This document shows, piece after piece, positions 19,271-30,210 of a stretch of 64,000 nt of DNA. The DNA comes from Verrucomicrobiaceae bacterium. Its GTDB lineage: Bacteria > Verrucomicrobiota > Verrucomicrobiia > Verrucomicrobiales > Verrucomicrobiaceae. Position 1 is the stretch's first letter. Every line of letters starts with the position of its first letter. The translations under genes were made by a program, and so were the position numbers. The stretch spans positions 1,679,076-1,743,075 of the forward strand of contig JADJPM010000001.1 of assembly GCA_016713245.1 (NCBI GenBank), read 5' to 3'. Below the pieces are notes generated by a model that made no database searches, was not told the DNA's origin, and saw nothing but the letters and a program-made list of their open reading frames with translations.

Positions 19271-21004
19271 ATGAAGCCGACCATTCTCGCTCTCTCCCTG
19301 CTGACACTATCTGCGTTCGGTTTGGACCGACTCAAGCTGCAAATCCTCAACGCAGGCGACAGAGCGGTGGAGGTCTATTGGATCTCGCCGGATGGGGAGC
19401 GTGTTTCCAATGGCAAAATCGAACCGGGTAAGGATAGCATCATTGGCACCTCGCTAGGTCATCGGTTTGTCATCGTGGATGAGGCGCTAGAGACGGAAGT
19501 CGTCAGCAAGGTGCCGGTGCAGGCGTTCCGCCATGATCCGAAGGCGAAAGATGGCGTGCCAGCGTTTTACACCCAGGTCGTCCATGCGCAGGGCTACCCG
19601 ATCTGTGGTTCGGCCAAGGTGAGTCCGTTTGCGCTGAAGGAGGCGGCTTACCTCGCTGACCTCATGCTGGCAAAGCGGCCGGATGTGCGGGAGGCGATGA
19701 TTGCCAGTGGATCGCGGCTTTGCATCCTCGCGCACGACGAGTTCACGACCGATCAGCCGGAGTGGGCCTGGCTGGAAAAGGTGCCGGTGCCTGGTTTTGA
19801 AAGCGTTTCGATCAAAGACTACCGCGATGCCCGTGCCCGCGGCATGGGCGGCAGTGCCACGGACCCCTTTTGCTCCTGCGGAGAGGAGAATCTGCTGGCT
19901 TACGACGGCGATCCCTATTCGACCGAATGCATATTCATCCATGAGTTCGCCCACAACATCCATCTGCGTGGGCTGGCGAATGTGGACGCCACCTTTGACC
20001 GACGGGTTAGGGCATCCTACGACACCGCGATGAAAGCGGGCCTGTGGAAGGGCAAATACGCCAGCGTGAACCATCACGAAAGCTTCGCCGAGGGCGTGCA
20101 GAGCTGGTTCGACAACAACCGCGAAGACGATCACGATCACAACCATGTGAACACACGCTCCGAACTTCTGGCATATGACCCAGGCCTCGCGTCGCTCTGC
20201 CGTGAAGTTTTCGGAGACACCGAGCTGAAATACACGAAACCAACGACACGGCTGACTGGACATCTGGCAGGTTACGATCCCGCCAAAGCACCGACGTTTG
20301 CCTGGCCTGAGAGGCTAGAGAAGGCCAGAGCAGCTATCCGTCAGTCGGCGCAAAAACGTTCGGATGCTGCAGTCAGCACGAAAACGCATCACGAACGAGT
20401 CATCGAAGGATGGAAGGTGCATGTGAGCGTGAAGATGGATGCAGCGGCGCTCGCCAAAGCGTTGCCACTTCTCACGGCGCAGCTTCAGGAAATCGTGCGT
20501 GTGGTTCCGGCCAAGGCGGTGGCGGAATTGCAGAAGGTGCCGCTGTGGATCAATCCCGAGTATCCGAACGTGCGTCCGCGTGCCGAGTATCACCCGGGTG
20601 CCGACTGGCTACGCGAGAATGGTCGCGATCCGGTGATGGCAAAAGGGGTCGAGTTTACCAACGTGCGTATCTTTGAGGAAGAGGTACGTCGCATGCCCAA
20701 TTTCGTGCTGCATGAGCTGGCGCATGCCTTTCATGATCGGGTGCTCGGCTTTGACCATGCCGACATCAAGGCCGCCTTCCAACAAGCAAGCGCAGCAGGC
20801 ACCTACAATCGGGTGCAGCGTCAGGACAGCGAAGGCCGAAAGCGGCTGGATAGGGCTTACGCGATGACCAATCCCCAAGAATACTTCGCGGAGTGCTCCG
20901 AGGCTTTTTTCTCGCGGAATGACTTTTTTCCGTTCACGCGAGAGGAATTGAAAAAGCACGATCCGCAGGCAGTTACGCTGCTGGAGAGGCTTTGGGGGCA
21001 ATAG
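19271..21004 (+). CDS. Secreted zinc metallopeptidase-like protein with VHL-beta-like N-domain and two HExxH domains
   Basis: Signal peptide; IHEFAH and LHELAH; ESFAEG and EYFAE third-ligand motifs. Confidence 0.7.
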   Translation: MKPTILALSLLTLSAFGLDRLKLQILNAGDRAVEVYWISPDGERVSNGKIEPGKDSIIGTSLGHRFVIVDEALETEVVSKVPVQAFRHDPKAKDGVPAFYTQVVHAQGYPICGSAKVSPFALKEAAYLADLMLAKRPDVREAMIASGSRLCILAHDEFTTDQPEWAWLEKVPVPGFESVSIKDYRDARARGMGGSATDPFCSCGEENLLAYDGDPYSTECIFIHEFAHNIHLRGLANVDATFDRRVRASYDTAMKAGLWKGKYASVNHHESFAEGVQSWFDNNREDDHDHNHVNTRSELLAYDPGLASLCREVFGDTELKYTKPTTRLTGHLAGYDPAKAPTFAWPERLEKARAAIRQSAQKRSDAAVSTKTHHERVIEGWKVHVSVKMDAAALAKALPLLTAQLQEIVRVVPAKAVAELQKVPLWINPEYPNVRPRAEYHPGADWLRENGRDPVMAKGVEFTNVRIFEEEVRRMPNFVLHELAHAFHDRVLGFDHADIKAAFQQASAAGTYNRVQRQDSEGRKRLDRAYAMTNPQEYFAECSEAFFSRNDFFPFTREELKKHDPQAVTLLERLWGQ

Positions 21005-21013
21005 ACCACGAGG

Positions 21014-21781
21014 TCATTTGCCGAAGAGCTTCTTCAACTCGTTGACGCTTTGTTTGAGCTCTTGGGTATCGACTTTGATGTTGCCACCTTTGAGGAGGTT
21101 TTCGACAGCCCCGCCCGCACCGGCTTTGACGGCTTCATCGGCGAGTCGTGAAAGGATGAGGGCGGTGAGCTCAGCCGGAGTGACACCTTCTGGACCCGTG
21201 CCGAGGCTGGTGAGCTTGATCTCGGGCAGCGTGACGATGGCTTTGGCTCCGGGGAGAACGCCCGCGCTGGCATTCACCTTGGCACCAGTGATGAGCACTT
21301 CATCGACCTGGAGCTTCATTGCCTGCTGGGGGTTGGAGGGTGCGGGTGCTGTGCCGGAGGCCGGGGCGGATGGAGCGATGGCATCCGCAGTGGTTCGGGC
21401 ATTGCGAGCGATCTGGGAGAGATTCGTGCCGCCGGGGCCGAGCTCGAGATGGATGTCTGGCTCGATGACGCGGATGTGTTTGATGACGATGCGGTCCTCT
21501 TTGCTGGCGGCGGTATCGATGGCCACTTCAGTCTTGCCGATGCGGAGGGTTTTGGGGACGGAAAAGCCAGCGGGCGTGCCGATTTCGAGTCCCTCAAGGC
21601 TGCCCGCACCGGAGAAGACGGAGACGCTGGCTTTTTCGAGCTTCACCGGCACCTGCAAAGCCTCGCTCCCCGCTTTCTCAATGCCGAGCTTCAAGAGATC
21701 GTCGATCTTCGAGTAGCCAAACCACAGGAGTCCGAGGATGAGGACAGCGAGAACGATGAGGATGCGGATGAGCCATTTCAT
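21014..21781 (-). CDS. AsmA-like/DUF748-like membrane-anchored protein
   Basis: N-terminal TM helix followed by beta-rich domain (VKLEKASVSVFSG..LEGLEIGTP). Confidence 0.6.
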   Translation of the reverse strand: MKWLIRILIVLAVLILGLLWFGYSKIDDLLKLGIEKAGSEALQVPVKLEKASVSVFSGAGSLEGLEIGTPAGFSVPKTLRIGKTEVAIDTAASKEDRIVIKHIRVIEPDIHLELGPGGTNLSQIARNARTTADAIAPSAPASGTAPAPSNPQQAMKLQVDEVLITGAKVNASAGVLPGAKAIVTLPEIKLTSLGTGPEGVTPAELTALILSRLADEAVKAGAGGAVENLLKGGNIKVDTQELKQSVNELKKLFGK

Positions 21782-21857
21782 GGGTCGGCGAGTTTGGAAG
21801 AAGCCGCTGGAGGAGGCAAGAAAAGTCTGGTGGGAGAACCGCGTGATTTTTCAAGGC

Positions 21858-22618
21858 TCAGCCATTCGGGTAAAACTGCCGCCAGAACATCACCCCCGAG
21901 ATCACCAGCCCGATGGCGGTGATCATCTGCCGCACGCGGCGCGGCTCGATGCGTTGTGAAAAATGTGCTCCGAGGTAGTAGCCGATCAAAGCGCCCGCCG
22001 TGAGCGCCAGTGCCTGTGGCCATTGCACCATTCCCGCGGCGATGAACCATACCGCAGCCACCACATTGATCAGGCTGCCGAGCAGGTTTTTCAACGCGTT
22101 CATCTCATGGATATGGGTCATTCCCATGAAGCCAAAGGAGGCCAGCATCAGGATGCCGATACCTGCGCCGAAGAAGGCCCCGTAGATGGCCACGGGTAGT
22201 TGAAGGGCGAGGGAGAACCAGATCGTGCTGCGTTGGCTGGTCGCCCCCGGTTTCTTCAGAAAACCCTGCAAAAAGAACAGCACCGTGGCAAACAGCACGA
22301 GGAAGGGCACGAGCTTTGAAAACTGGTCATCACTCGTCTGCGTGAGCAGCCAGCTTCCGAAGGCCGCGCCCGCCGTTCCCACCGGGATGAACCACGGCAG
22401 CCACTGCCGCACGGCCTTCAAGTGGTGCCGGAAGCTCACGATGCTGCTCGAGGTGCCGATGACGAGGCCCACCGTGCTCGTGGCATTCGCCGCCACCGGC
22501 GGCACACCGCACATGAGCAGCACCGGAAAGGTTAGCAGCGTCCCGCCGCCCGCCACCGCATTTACCGCCCCGCCGCGCATCCGGCGGCACTGAGGGCAAG
22601 GGCATCGAAAAAGGTCAT
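21858..22618 (-). CDS. Sulfite exporter TauE/SafE family protein; frameshift near 22575
   Basis: AVNAVAGGGTLLTFP, ANATST, YGAFFGAGIG; restored start MTFFDALALSAAG. Confidence 0.8.
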
Positions 22619-22680
22619 GGAGATGCTTTTTGACGCTTTCGGACCTTTTCGCCAGCGGAAGCTGGTTTTAACCTCCCGCC

Positions 22681-23034
22681 ATGGATCTCGCCGATGTCAT
22701 CGACCTTTGCCTCAGCCTCCCCGCCGCCGAGGAAACGCAGCCTTTTGGACCTGAAGCCCTCGTGTATAAAGTCGGTGGCAAGCTCTTCGCCATCACCGTG
22801 CCGGAGGACTACCCTGCCCGCATCAACCTGAAGTGCGATCCCGAGCGCTCCCTGGAGCTTCGCGACCAATACAAGGCGATCAAACCCGGCTGGCACATGA
22901 ACAAGAAGCACTGGAACACCCTCGTCCTCGACGGGTCCGTGCCCCCCAAGCTCATCCGCGAACTCATCCAGCACAGCTACGACCTCGTCGTGGCCTCGCT
23001 GCCTGCGAAATTGAGGCCTAAGCCGAAGCCATGA
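22681..23034 (+). CDS. MmcQ/YjbR family DNA-binding protein
   Basis: PFGPEALVYKVGGKLFA, NLKCDPE, PGWHMNKKHWNT. Confidence 0.92.
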   Translation: MDLADVIDLCLSLPAAEETQPFGPEALVYKVGGKLFAITVPEDYPARINLKCDPERSLELRDQYKAIKPGWHMNKKHWNTLVLDGSVPPKLIRELIQHSYDLVVASLPAKLRPKPKP

Positions 23035-24181
23035 CCTCCATGATTTTCGCGGGCGGTTGTTGGTTCATGGCGAGCCAGGCCATGCCGCGGAGGCCGGGGT
23101 TGGCGTGGGTGAAGAAGCGTTTGTAGGCGGCGCAGAGGTAGTTGAGGCCGGGTTCGCCATCGGGCGTGTGGAGGAAGCGGTTCTTTGGGCACTCGCCGTG
23201 GCAGGCGAAGCGCACGTCGCACTCCTGGCAGTAGCGCGGCAGCGTGCTGGCCTTGTTTTGGCCGAACTCGCGCTGCTGCGGGCCGCGCACGAGATCGCCG
23301 AGGCTTTGATCGAGCAGATTGCCGAGGCGATGACGCGGCGTGACGAAGTGATCGCAGGAATAGACATCGCCATTGTGCTCCAGCGCCACGGCATCGCCGC
23401 AGGTCTCGCGGAAGAGGCACAGGCCGGAGGGCTGCCCCATCCACACGCCGAGCATTACATCGAAGAGTTGCACAAACACCCGGCCCACATCGTGGCGCAG
23501 CCAGTGATCCCAGATCGACGTCAAAAAGATGCCGTAATCCTCCGCCAGCACGCTCGCCTCGCTCACGGCCTCGCCGTCATCCACGCGATCGACGAGCGGG
23601 ATGAACTGCATGTGCGTGGAGCCGATGCTTTTGAGGAATTCATAGACCTCCAATGGCCGGCGAGCACTCTCGCGATGCACGACGGTGAGCGTGTTGAAGG
23701 TCACGCCGTGCTTTTGCAGCACGCCGAGGCCACGCATGACTTTGTCAAAGGTCGGTCGGCCGCCCTTGTCCACGCGGTAGAGGTCGTGCAGCTCGCGCGG
23801 CCCGTCGATGCTGAGGCCGACGAGGAAGTTCTCCCGCTTCAAAAAGGCTCCCCAGGCATCGTCGAGCAGCACGCCATTGGTTTGAAACGCGTTCGCGATG
23901 CGGCGACCCGCACCGTGCTGTTTTTGCAGCGCCACGGCCTTCTCAAAGAAGTCCACGCCCATGAGCGTCGGTTCACCACCCTGCCACGCGAAGAGCACCT
24001 CCGCACCATCCGGCTGCGCATGGATTTGAGCTTTCACGAAGGTCTCCAGCGCCTCATCCGTCATGCGATGGCTGCCTCGTGGATACAGGCCTTCCTTTTC
24101 GAGGTAGAAGCAATACTTGCAGTCGAGATTGCACTTCGAGCCCGAAGGCTTCGCCATGACGTGGAAAGGTTCTTGGTTCAT
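23018..24181 (-). CDS. Anaerobic sulfatase maturase (radical SAM/SPASM)
   Basis: KPSGSKCNLDCKYCFY, WQGGEPTL, LEHNGDVYSCDH, CxxC...CHGECPK. Confidence 0.92.
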   Translation of the reverse strand: MNQEPFHVMAKPSGSKCNLDCKYCFYLEKEGLYPRGSHRMTDEALETFVKAQIHAQPDGAEVLFAWQGGEPTLMGVDFFEKAVALQKQHGAGRRIANAFQTNGVLLDDAWGAFLKRENFLVGLSIDGPRELHDLYRVDKGGRPTFDKVMRGLGVLQKHGVTFNTLTVVHRESARRPLEVYEFLKSIGSTHMQFIPLVDRVDDGEAVSEASVLAEDYGIFLTSIWDHWLRHDVGRVFVQLFDVMLGVWMGQPSGLCLFRETCGDAVALEHNGDVYSCDHFVTPRHRLGNLLDQSLGDLVRGPQQREFGQNKASTLPRYCQECDVRFACHGECPKNRFLHTPDGEPGLNYLCAAYKRFFTHANPGLRGMAWLAMNQQPPAKIMEVMASA

Positions 24182-24255
24182 GGTTCTTTGTTCTTGGTGA
24201 AAGGCGATGGGTGGCGGTTTGGCGGATGAGGAACCAAGAACCAAACAACAACGAA

Positions 24256-26184
24256 CTAAGAACTCTGCACCCACTGCACGCGATAAAACGCCTTCACACC
24301 TGCGAGCGTGTCGCTCATCAACACGGGGCCGTTGTTGCCGGTGAGCGTGGAGCCGATGTTTGACCACGAGACGAGGTCGGTGGACTTTTGCAGTTGGTAG
24401 GTCGTGTTGATGCGCGAGAGGAAGGTGACCTGCACCTTGGCCTGCGGGCCGTTGGAGGGATCGGTCCAGCGTTTGATCTCGAAGCTCATCTTCTCCGGCG
24501 CGACGGAAGGTGTGTAGGCCCGCGGGGCGGGTCGCGTGCCTTCCAAGGTGGCGAGCTGGTTCATGAGCAGTGTGCGTGCGGCTTGCTGCGCGGTATTGGC
24601 GAGCGTGGGCTCGCTGTTCAGTGTGCGCAGTGCCTCGGCCCAGAGGGAGAGGTTTTTCTCCTCCAGCGGCAGACCATAAAGGGCGCTGAAATCACCGCCG
24701 GCCGGGCGCAGATCATAAAACTCCTGCTGGTCCGCCGCCACGCCATCGGCATCGAAGTAGCGGGCATATTTGAAGTCGCTCGTGCGGATCATGCGGATGC
24801 GATTGGGCGGCGAAACAGGGCCGGTGGGGAAGGTGGCGGCGTTCGAGGCGGCATAGATGTCGTCGAACATGAAGAGAATGTAGTCCTGCACCGGCGGCGC
24901 GGCGGGATTGAGCACGATGCTGCTGTAATCAACGCCCGCGAAGCCCTTCGACTGCCAGCCCGGCACGCCAGTGAGGGCGCAGAGCGTGGGCAGCAGATCC
25001 ACATGCGAGACGAGCGCATTGGTCGTTTGCGCGGTGGGATAGAGCACCGGATTCGACCAGATCATCGGCACGCGGATCGTCTCCTCATAGGTGACAAAGG
25101 TCTTCTGGCGCAGCGCCCCGTGGCACATGCCGTTTTCACCATGATCCGAGGTGCGGATGATGACGGTGCTGTTCAGCGCGGCCGTGCCAGCGCCGCCGAG
25201 ATTGTCAAAGACAGCCAGCAACTCGCCGATCTGGCCGTCGATCTTCTTCATGAGGTTGCCGTAGAAGTTGAGGTAGTTCTGCTGCACCTGCGGCGTGGCC
25301 ACCACGCCCAGCCCGCCGGCCATCACGCTCTTGATCTGCGCATGCGCGGTCGGCTTGTAGTTGGTGGCGAGGTTTTCATTCACCGTCGGCGGCAGTGGAA
25401 TGGGCGGCGTGGTGGGCACGAGCCACGAGGAGTCGTAGCCACCGACCTGCCATGGTTCTGGATTCCCTGCGCCGGGATAGGCGAGCACGTCGTGGGGATT
25501 CACCAGCGACACGATGAGGCAAAAGGGGCGCCCGGTCGGATTCTGGATGCGGTTTTGCAGGAAGGCCTTCGCGTCATTGATGAAGCGGGCGTCATGATCC
25601 GCCGTGCCGCCGCCGAAGTTGTGCGCGGCGGTGTCGCCACCCGCGTCCGGCGCGTCCCAGGCATCGAAGCCGTAGCGGCTGATGTCATCCTCCATGTAGG
25701 TGCCGTCCACACCGTCGATGCCGTGGCTCATGTGCCACTTGCCTTTGTAAATGACATCGTAGCCAGCCTCCTTCAGGCAAGTGGCCATGTTTGGCAGCGA
25801 GGGATCCATCTGCGGCTCCAGCGGTGTCTGCAAATAGTCCTCCGTGAGCGTCGAGTGTGCGTGGTTCTGCGCGGGAAACAGGCCGGTGAAGAGCGCATTG
25901 CGCGAGGGTGTGCACATGGCGGTGGCGCAGAAGGCGTGCGTGAAGGTGAGGCCGTTGTTTTTCAGGCGGGTGGTGTTTGGCAGGTTCGCCGCCTCCCAAC
26001 CCGCGGGAATCCACATCGGCGGACGCTCTTGATCCGTCATGATCAGCATCACATTCATCGGCGAGGCAAACTGCCCGCCCTGCGCCTCCTGCGTCACCAG
26101 GCCAAAGAACTGCGTGCCCGCCGCCGCGGCGGTGAGCTGCTGAAGGAAATCACGACGTGAGGTGGCGGCGATGGAGGCAGACAT
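24256..26184 (-). CDS. Tat-exported sulfatase with Verrucomicrobia-type C-terminal domain
   Basis: SRRDFL Tat motif; MTDQ, CTPSR (Cys-type FGly motif), GKWH, SDHG; C-terminus YQLQKSTDLVSW...FYRV. Confidence 0.88.
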   Translation of the reverse strand: MSASIAATSRRDFLQQLTAAAAGTQFFGLVTQEAQGGQFASPMNVMLIMTDQERPPMWIPAGWEAANLPNTTRLKNNGLTFTHAFCATAMCTPSRNALFTGLFPAQNHAHSTLTEDYLQTPLEPQMDPSLPNMATCLKEAGYDVIYKGKWHMSHGIDGVDGTYMEDDISRYGFDAWDAPDAGGDTAAHNFGGGTADHDARFINDAKAFLQNRIQNPTGRPFCLIVSLVNPHDVLAYPGAGNPEPWQVGGYDSSWLVPTTPPIPLPPTVNENLATNYKPTAHAQIKSVMAGGLGVVATPQVQQNYLNFYGNLMKKIDGQIGELLAVFDNLGGAGTAALNSTVIIRTSDHGENGMCHGALRQKTFVTYEETIRVPMIWSNPVLYPTAQTTNALVSHVDLLPTLCALTGVPGWQSKGFAGVDYSSIVLNPAAPPVQDYILFMFDDIYAASNAATFPTGPVSPPNRIRMIRTSDFKYARYFDADGVAADQQEFYDLRPAGGDFSALYGLPLEEKNLSLWAEALRTLNSEPTLANTAQQAARTLLMNQLATLEGTRPAPRAYTPSVAPEKMSFEIKRWTDPSNGPQAKVQVTFLSRINTTYQLQKSTDLVSWSNIGSTLTGNNGPVLMSDTLAGVKAFYRVQWVQSS

Positions 26185-26199
26185 GAAGGTAGAGGAATG

Positions 26200-26240
26200 G
26201 GTTCAAAAGGCTCCCACACGGTCTGTTTGGGGTTGTTACA
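26200..26240 (-). promoter_or_regulatory. Candidate ECF promoter TGTAAC-N14-CGTGT (copy 1)
   Basis: 41 bp, 38/41 identical to 30123-30163, upstream of the sulfatase. Confidence 0.65.
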
Positions 26241-26291
26241 GATGTTTGGAGACATTTTTCTGAAGGTGGGGAACATTGTTCCCGCCCCCAC

Positions 26292-29200
26292 TCACTGCGC
26301 CCCCACGCGATAAAAGCTCGGTGCGGTGCCCGGCGTGAATTCAAACTCAATCTGGCCGCTGCCGTTGATGGTGGTGGTGCCGCTGGTGAAGGGTAAGGGG
26401 GTGAAGTTGACGAGGTTGCTGCTCTGCTGGAGGCCAAAGCTGAGCTTGAAGGTGCCGGTGGCGTTGTTGCGCACGAGGACGGGCGTGCCGACATTGAGCT
26501 GCTGGAGCTGGCTTTGGTTGTAATAACTGGCGGTGTGCAGATTGCTGGTGAGCGTCTGCACGAGCGCGGTTTGACTGCTCTGCCAGTTAAAGCCGAGTGT
26601 GGACATTTGAAATTCGGCCACGTCGTTGAGACCATCGCCATCCGTGTCGTTGGCGGGGGAGAGGCAGGTGCCGAAGACGGTGAAAGTGAAGGGATTCTCG
26701 TCGGGATCGTCGCTCGGAATGCTGATGGTGGCGCTGGCGTTACCCGGCGTGAGCGGTGCCCAGCGGACTTGGAGAGTGGCAGAGCTGCCCGCCGCCAAGG
26801 TGGCCGCAGGTTGTGACACGATGCTAAAATCGGCGGCTTGAGCGCCCAGGACCTGCACGCGAGGGCTGCCAGTGAGATTCATCACCGCATTGCCTTGGTT
26901 TGAGAGGAGAAATGATAGCGTCGGTGGTGCGGCGACCGTGGTGGTGTAGCCGAAGGAGGTGGACGTGGTGCTGGTGTTGTAGCCGTTGGGGATATTGAAG
27001 GTGAAATTTCCGAGCACCTGACCCAGCACCGCGATGTCCGGTCCGGCGCCGCTTCCTGCGACGGCAAAGCTGAAGCTGCTCTCGTCCAAATCATTGTTGG
27101 TGAGGGTGACGGTGGCGTTGCGCACGCCTTGTGCGGACGGATCAAAGGTGACCTGAAAGGTGGTGCTGCCGCTCACCGCCACGGAGGCGGCGGGTTGCGT
27201 GGTGACGGTGAAGTCACCCGCGTGAGTGCCGCTGATCGTGACACGCGGCGTGCCGGTGAGATTCAGGACGCCAGTGCCGCTGTTGCTGACGGTGAAGGTT
27301 CGAGTGATGCTGCCGCTGTTGGCGTTCACGCTGCCAAACTGCGTGTGATTCGTGGTGGAGGTCGAGGTCGCGCCATGGTTGATGGCGCTGCCATTGCCGC
27401 TCAGGGCGATCTCCGGCGGCAGGGTCACACCGCTGTAGTTGATGACCTGCTCGATGATGCCTGAGCTGCTGTTGTGCCTGCCACCAGCCACGCGGCCACG
27501 CGCACGGAGGAGACCGCTGACCGGCAGCGTGGCACCCGTTATCTGCCAGCCGGATGTGGTGCCGATGCGTGAGATCGTCCCAGCCACCGCTGTGTAGGTG
27601 GCACCGCCATTCGTGCTGAGTTCAAAACTGACCTGCTCCACCAGCGGTGCTCCTCCGCCGCGCGTCCACTGCGCCCACGCCGTATTCGGAAAGCTGATCG
27701 TCTGCGTGGCGCTGGCGCTGTGCTGCACGCGGGTGAAGAGGCTGCGGGTGAAAGTATTCCCAGCTCCGCCGCCAGGCTGCATCGTGGTAAAGCTGCCCGC
27801 GAGCAGTGCTTTGCCATCGCCTTGCAGCATCACACCGAGCGCATCCCCGGAAATACCCGGATCGAAGCTGGTCTCGAGCGTGGCCGTGCCGCTGATCGTG
27901 GCGATGCCTTTGCGAACACTGCCATTGCAGCTCTGAAACGGTCCGGCCGCGATCAGCCCGCCGTCAGCGCGGGGTGCCAGGCTGTACACACCGCCCGGCA
28001 TGTTCGGCGCGAACAACACGTCCGCGTCACCTGCATTGTCGAGACGTGCGATGGCTTTGAGAGTCGTGTAGTTGTCCACATAGTCAAAGCTGCCACCGAG
28101 CAGCACATGCCCGTTCGGCAGCAGGGACAGGCAATGCACGTTGCCATTCGCCAGCGCGTTGAGCGGATCGCTGAAGGTGCCGTCAATCCCACCATCCGCG
28201 AGCAGGCGCACGGTTCCCCACCGCGCGACGCTGTTCACGGTCGTGAAAGTGCCGCCCAGGTAGATTTTTCCATCAGCCTGCAGGGCGATGCAGCGCACGC
28301 GCCCGTTCACCGAGGTGGCGAGACTGTCCGGCACGCCGCTCGTGGTCAGCCGCGCCACACGGCTCCTGGACAGGCCTCCCACATTGAGAAAATCACCACC
28401 GAGGAGGATGCTCCCATCCGGCTGCGGTGCGAGGCAGTACACTTCCGCGTCCGCATTCGGGTCAAAGCCCGTATCCAGCGTGCCGTCGCTCTTCAGCCTC
28501 GCGACGCGGTTGCGCGTGGTGCCATTCACCGAGGTGAAAAAGCCCCCGATGATGATTTTTCCATCCGGCATCACCGCGATGCAGTTCACCGTGTTGTTCA
28601 CGTCGGGGTTAAAGCTGGTGTCGAGCGTGCCGTTCGCGTTTAGTCGTGCGATGCGGTTGTGAGCCGCGCCGCCGACCACGGTGAAAAGACCACCGATGAG
28701 CATTTTCCCATCCGGTTGCAGCGCCGATGCGCGGACCTCCGTGCCGGTGATGCCGAGATCGGCGATCTCTGGCACGTCGAGCGCTCCGACGCCGGCCGAG
28801 CCGCCCTGGATCGCAAAGAAGTAGCTGCCGTTCGTCGCGTTGTCGCTCGGTAGCGTGAGGGTGGCGCTGCGCAGCCCGCTCGCGGATGGCGTAAAGCGCA
28901 CGACCAGCGTGGTGCTGCCGCCCGCCGCCACCGTGGCTGCTGGTGGCGTCTGAATGGCAAAGTCCGCCGCGTTGGTGCCGGAAAAGCTGGCCGTGCCCAG
29001 CGTGAGCAGGGCGGTGCCCGTGTTCGCGATGGTGAACGTGCGGTCCACGGTCGGTCCCCCGGTGCCAAAATCCGTGTGATCCACTGTCGAAGGCGAGGTG
29101 TCGCCGTTTGGGATGATCGTGCCATTGCCGCTGACGACGATGTTTGATGCCTCGCTGACATACAGCGCCGCCGCCTCCGCATCGCTGAGCGCACGATTGT

Positions 29201-30108
29201 ACACCCTCATGTCATCCAGGCTGCCATTGAAGAACTCACCCCCCCAGCCCAGGCACCGCGCCCATCAGCAAAGCCTGCGTGCCGTCCGTGTTCAGTGTCT
29301 TGGTAAACGAGTCCGTCGCGTTTGCCACCCGCGTGCCGTTGATGAACATCTTTCCCACGCCACCGCTCAACGTCAGCACGCAATGCTTCCAGCCACCGCC
29401 CGCATGTGTCCCCGTGGCGAATTCGTAGTCATTGAAACTGCCAATGAAGCTCGTCTGAAACGCCGAGTTGTAATTCGTCAGCAGAACGGAAAAGCGCTGA
29501 TTGCCCGGCGAGGCGGAGTTCACCCCGAACGAAAACAAATTCCCCGCGTGCGTCGTCGCCCTGAACCAGATCGACACCGTGCGGTTCGCATTTCCCGCCG
29601 GCCATCCCAGCGAAGTCGCCGCCGCCGACACATAACTGCTCGTCCCATTGAACGCATAAGCCTGTGCCGACTGGTTGAAACGGTCCGCCGCCGTCGTCGC
29701 GGCCGTCACCGTTCCGTTTCGCGCAAACACCGACCTGTCATTCGCGTCCGCGCTCAGTGGGTAGTAGCCCACCAGCCCCTTCCACAAGCCCGTCGTCACG
29801 CTCGTGAGCGTCACCGCCGCCACATTGCTCGTCACCGATCCCGAAGAATCCGTCACCACCACCGTGTAATCACCGATTTGCCACGGCTGGACACTCGGCA
29901 GACTGTAACTCGCCGAAGCCGCCGCCGGAATCGCCAGCCCATCCTTCCTCCATTGATAACTTAAAGCCCCCGCCGAAGCCGTCGCCGTCACCGAAAGGCT
30001 CGTGGACGCTCCACGGGCCACATTTCGCGGCACGGGTTGCGTATTGATCGTCGGCGCGGCAAGAGCAGCGGAGGCTGTGAGAGCGAGAAGGAGAACGAGA
30101 AATCGCAT
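26292..30108 (-). CDS. Large surface protein: Ig + LamG + choice-of-anchor D (ASH) Ig domains + delta-60 repeat propeller; frameshift at about 29236 in a C7 run
   Basis: Signal peptide; YQWRKDG Ig motif; LamG end FNGSLDDMRVYNRAL split across frames; repeated LQPDGK..GGxF..RIARL..G.LD.SF units; NxDxDE..F.F anchors. Confidence 0.8.
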
Positions 30109-30122
30109 GGGATGGAGGATGT

Positions 30123-30163
30123 GGTTCAAAAGGCTCCCACACGGCCTGCTTGGCGTTGTTACA
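30123..30163 (-). promoter_or_regulatory. Candidate ECF promoter TGTAAC-N14-CGTGT (copy 2)
   Basis: Near-identical to 26200-26240, ends 15 nt upstream of ATG 30108. Confidence 0.65.
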
Positions 30164-30210
30164 CAGGGAGGCAAGCTTTTTTGGGTCACACTCTTGCTCC
30201 TCCTGCTCGA

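Noticed and set aside
24168-24262. ggttcttg/ccaagaacc short repeats (similar ttcgtca heptamers at about 39023-39050) as a regulatory RNA
   Set aside because: Low-complexity heptamer-type filler with no recognisable riboswitch or ncRNA consensus.
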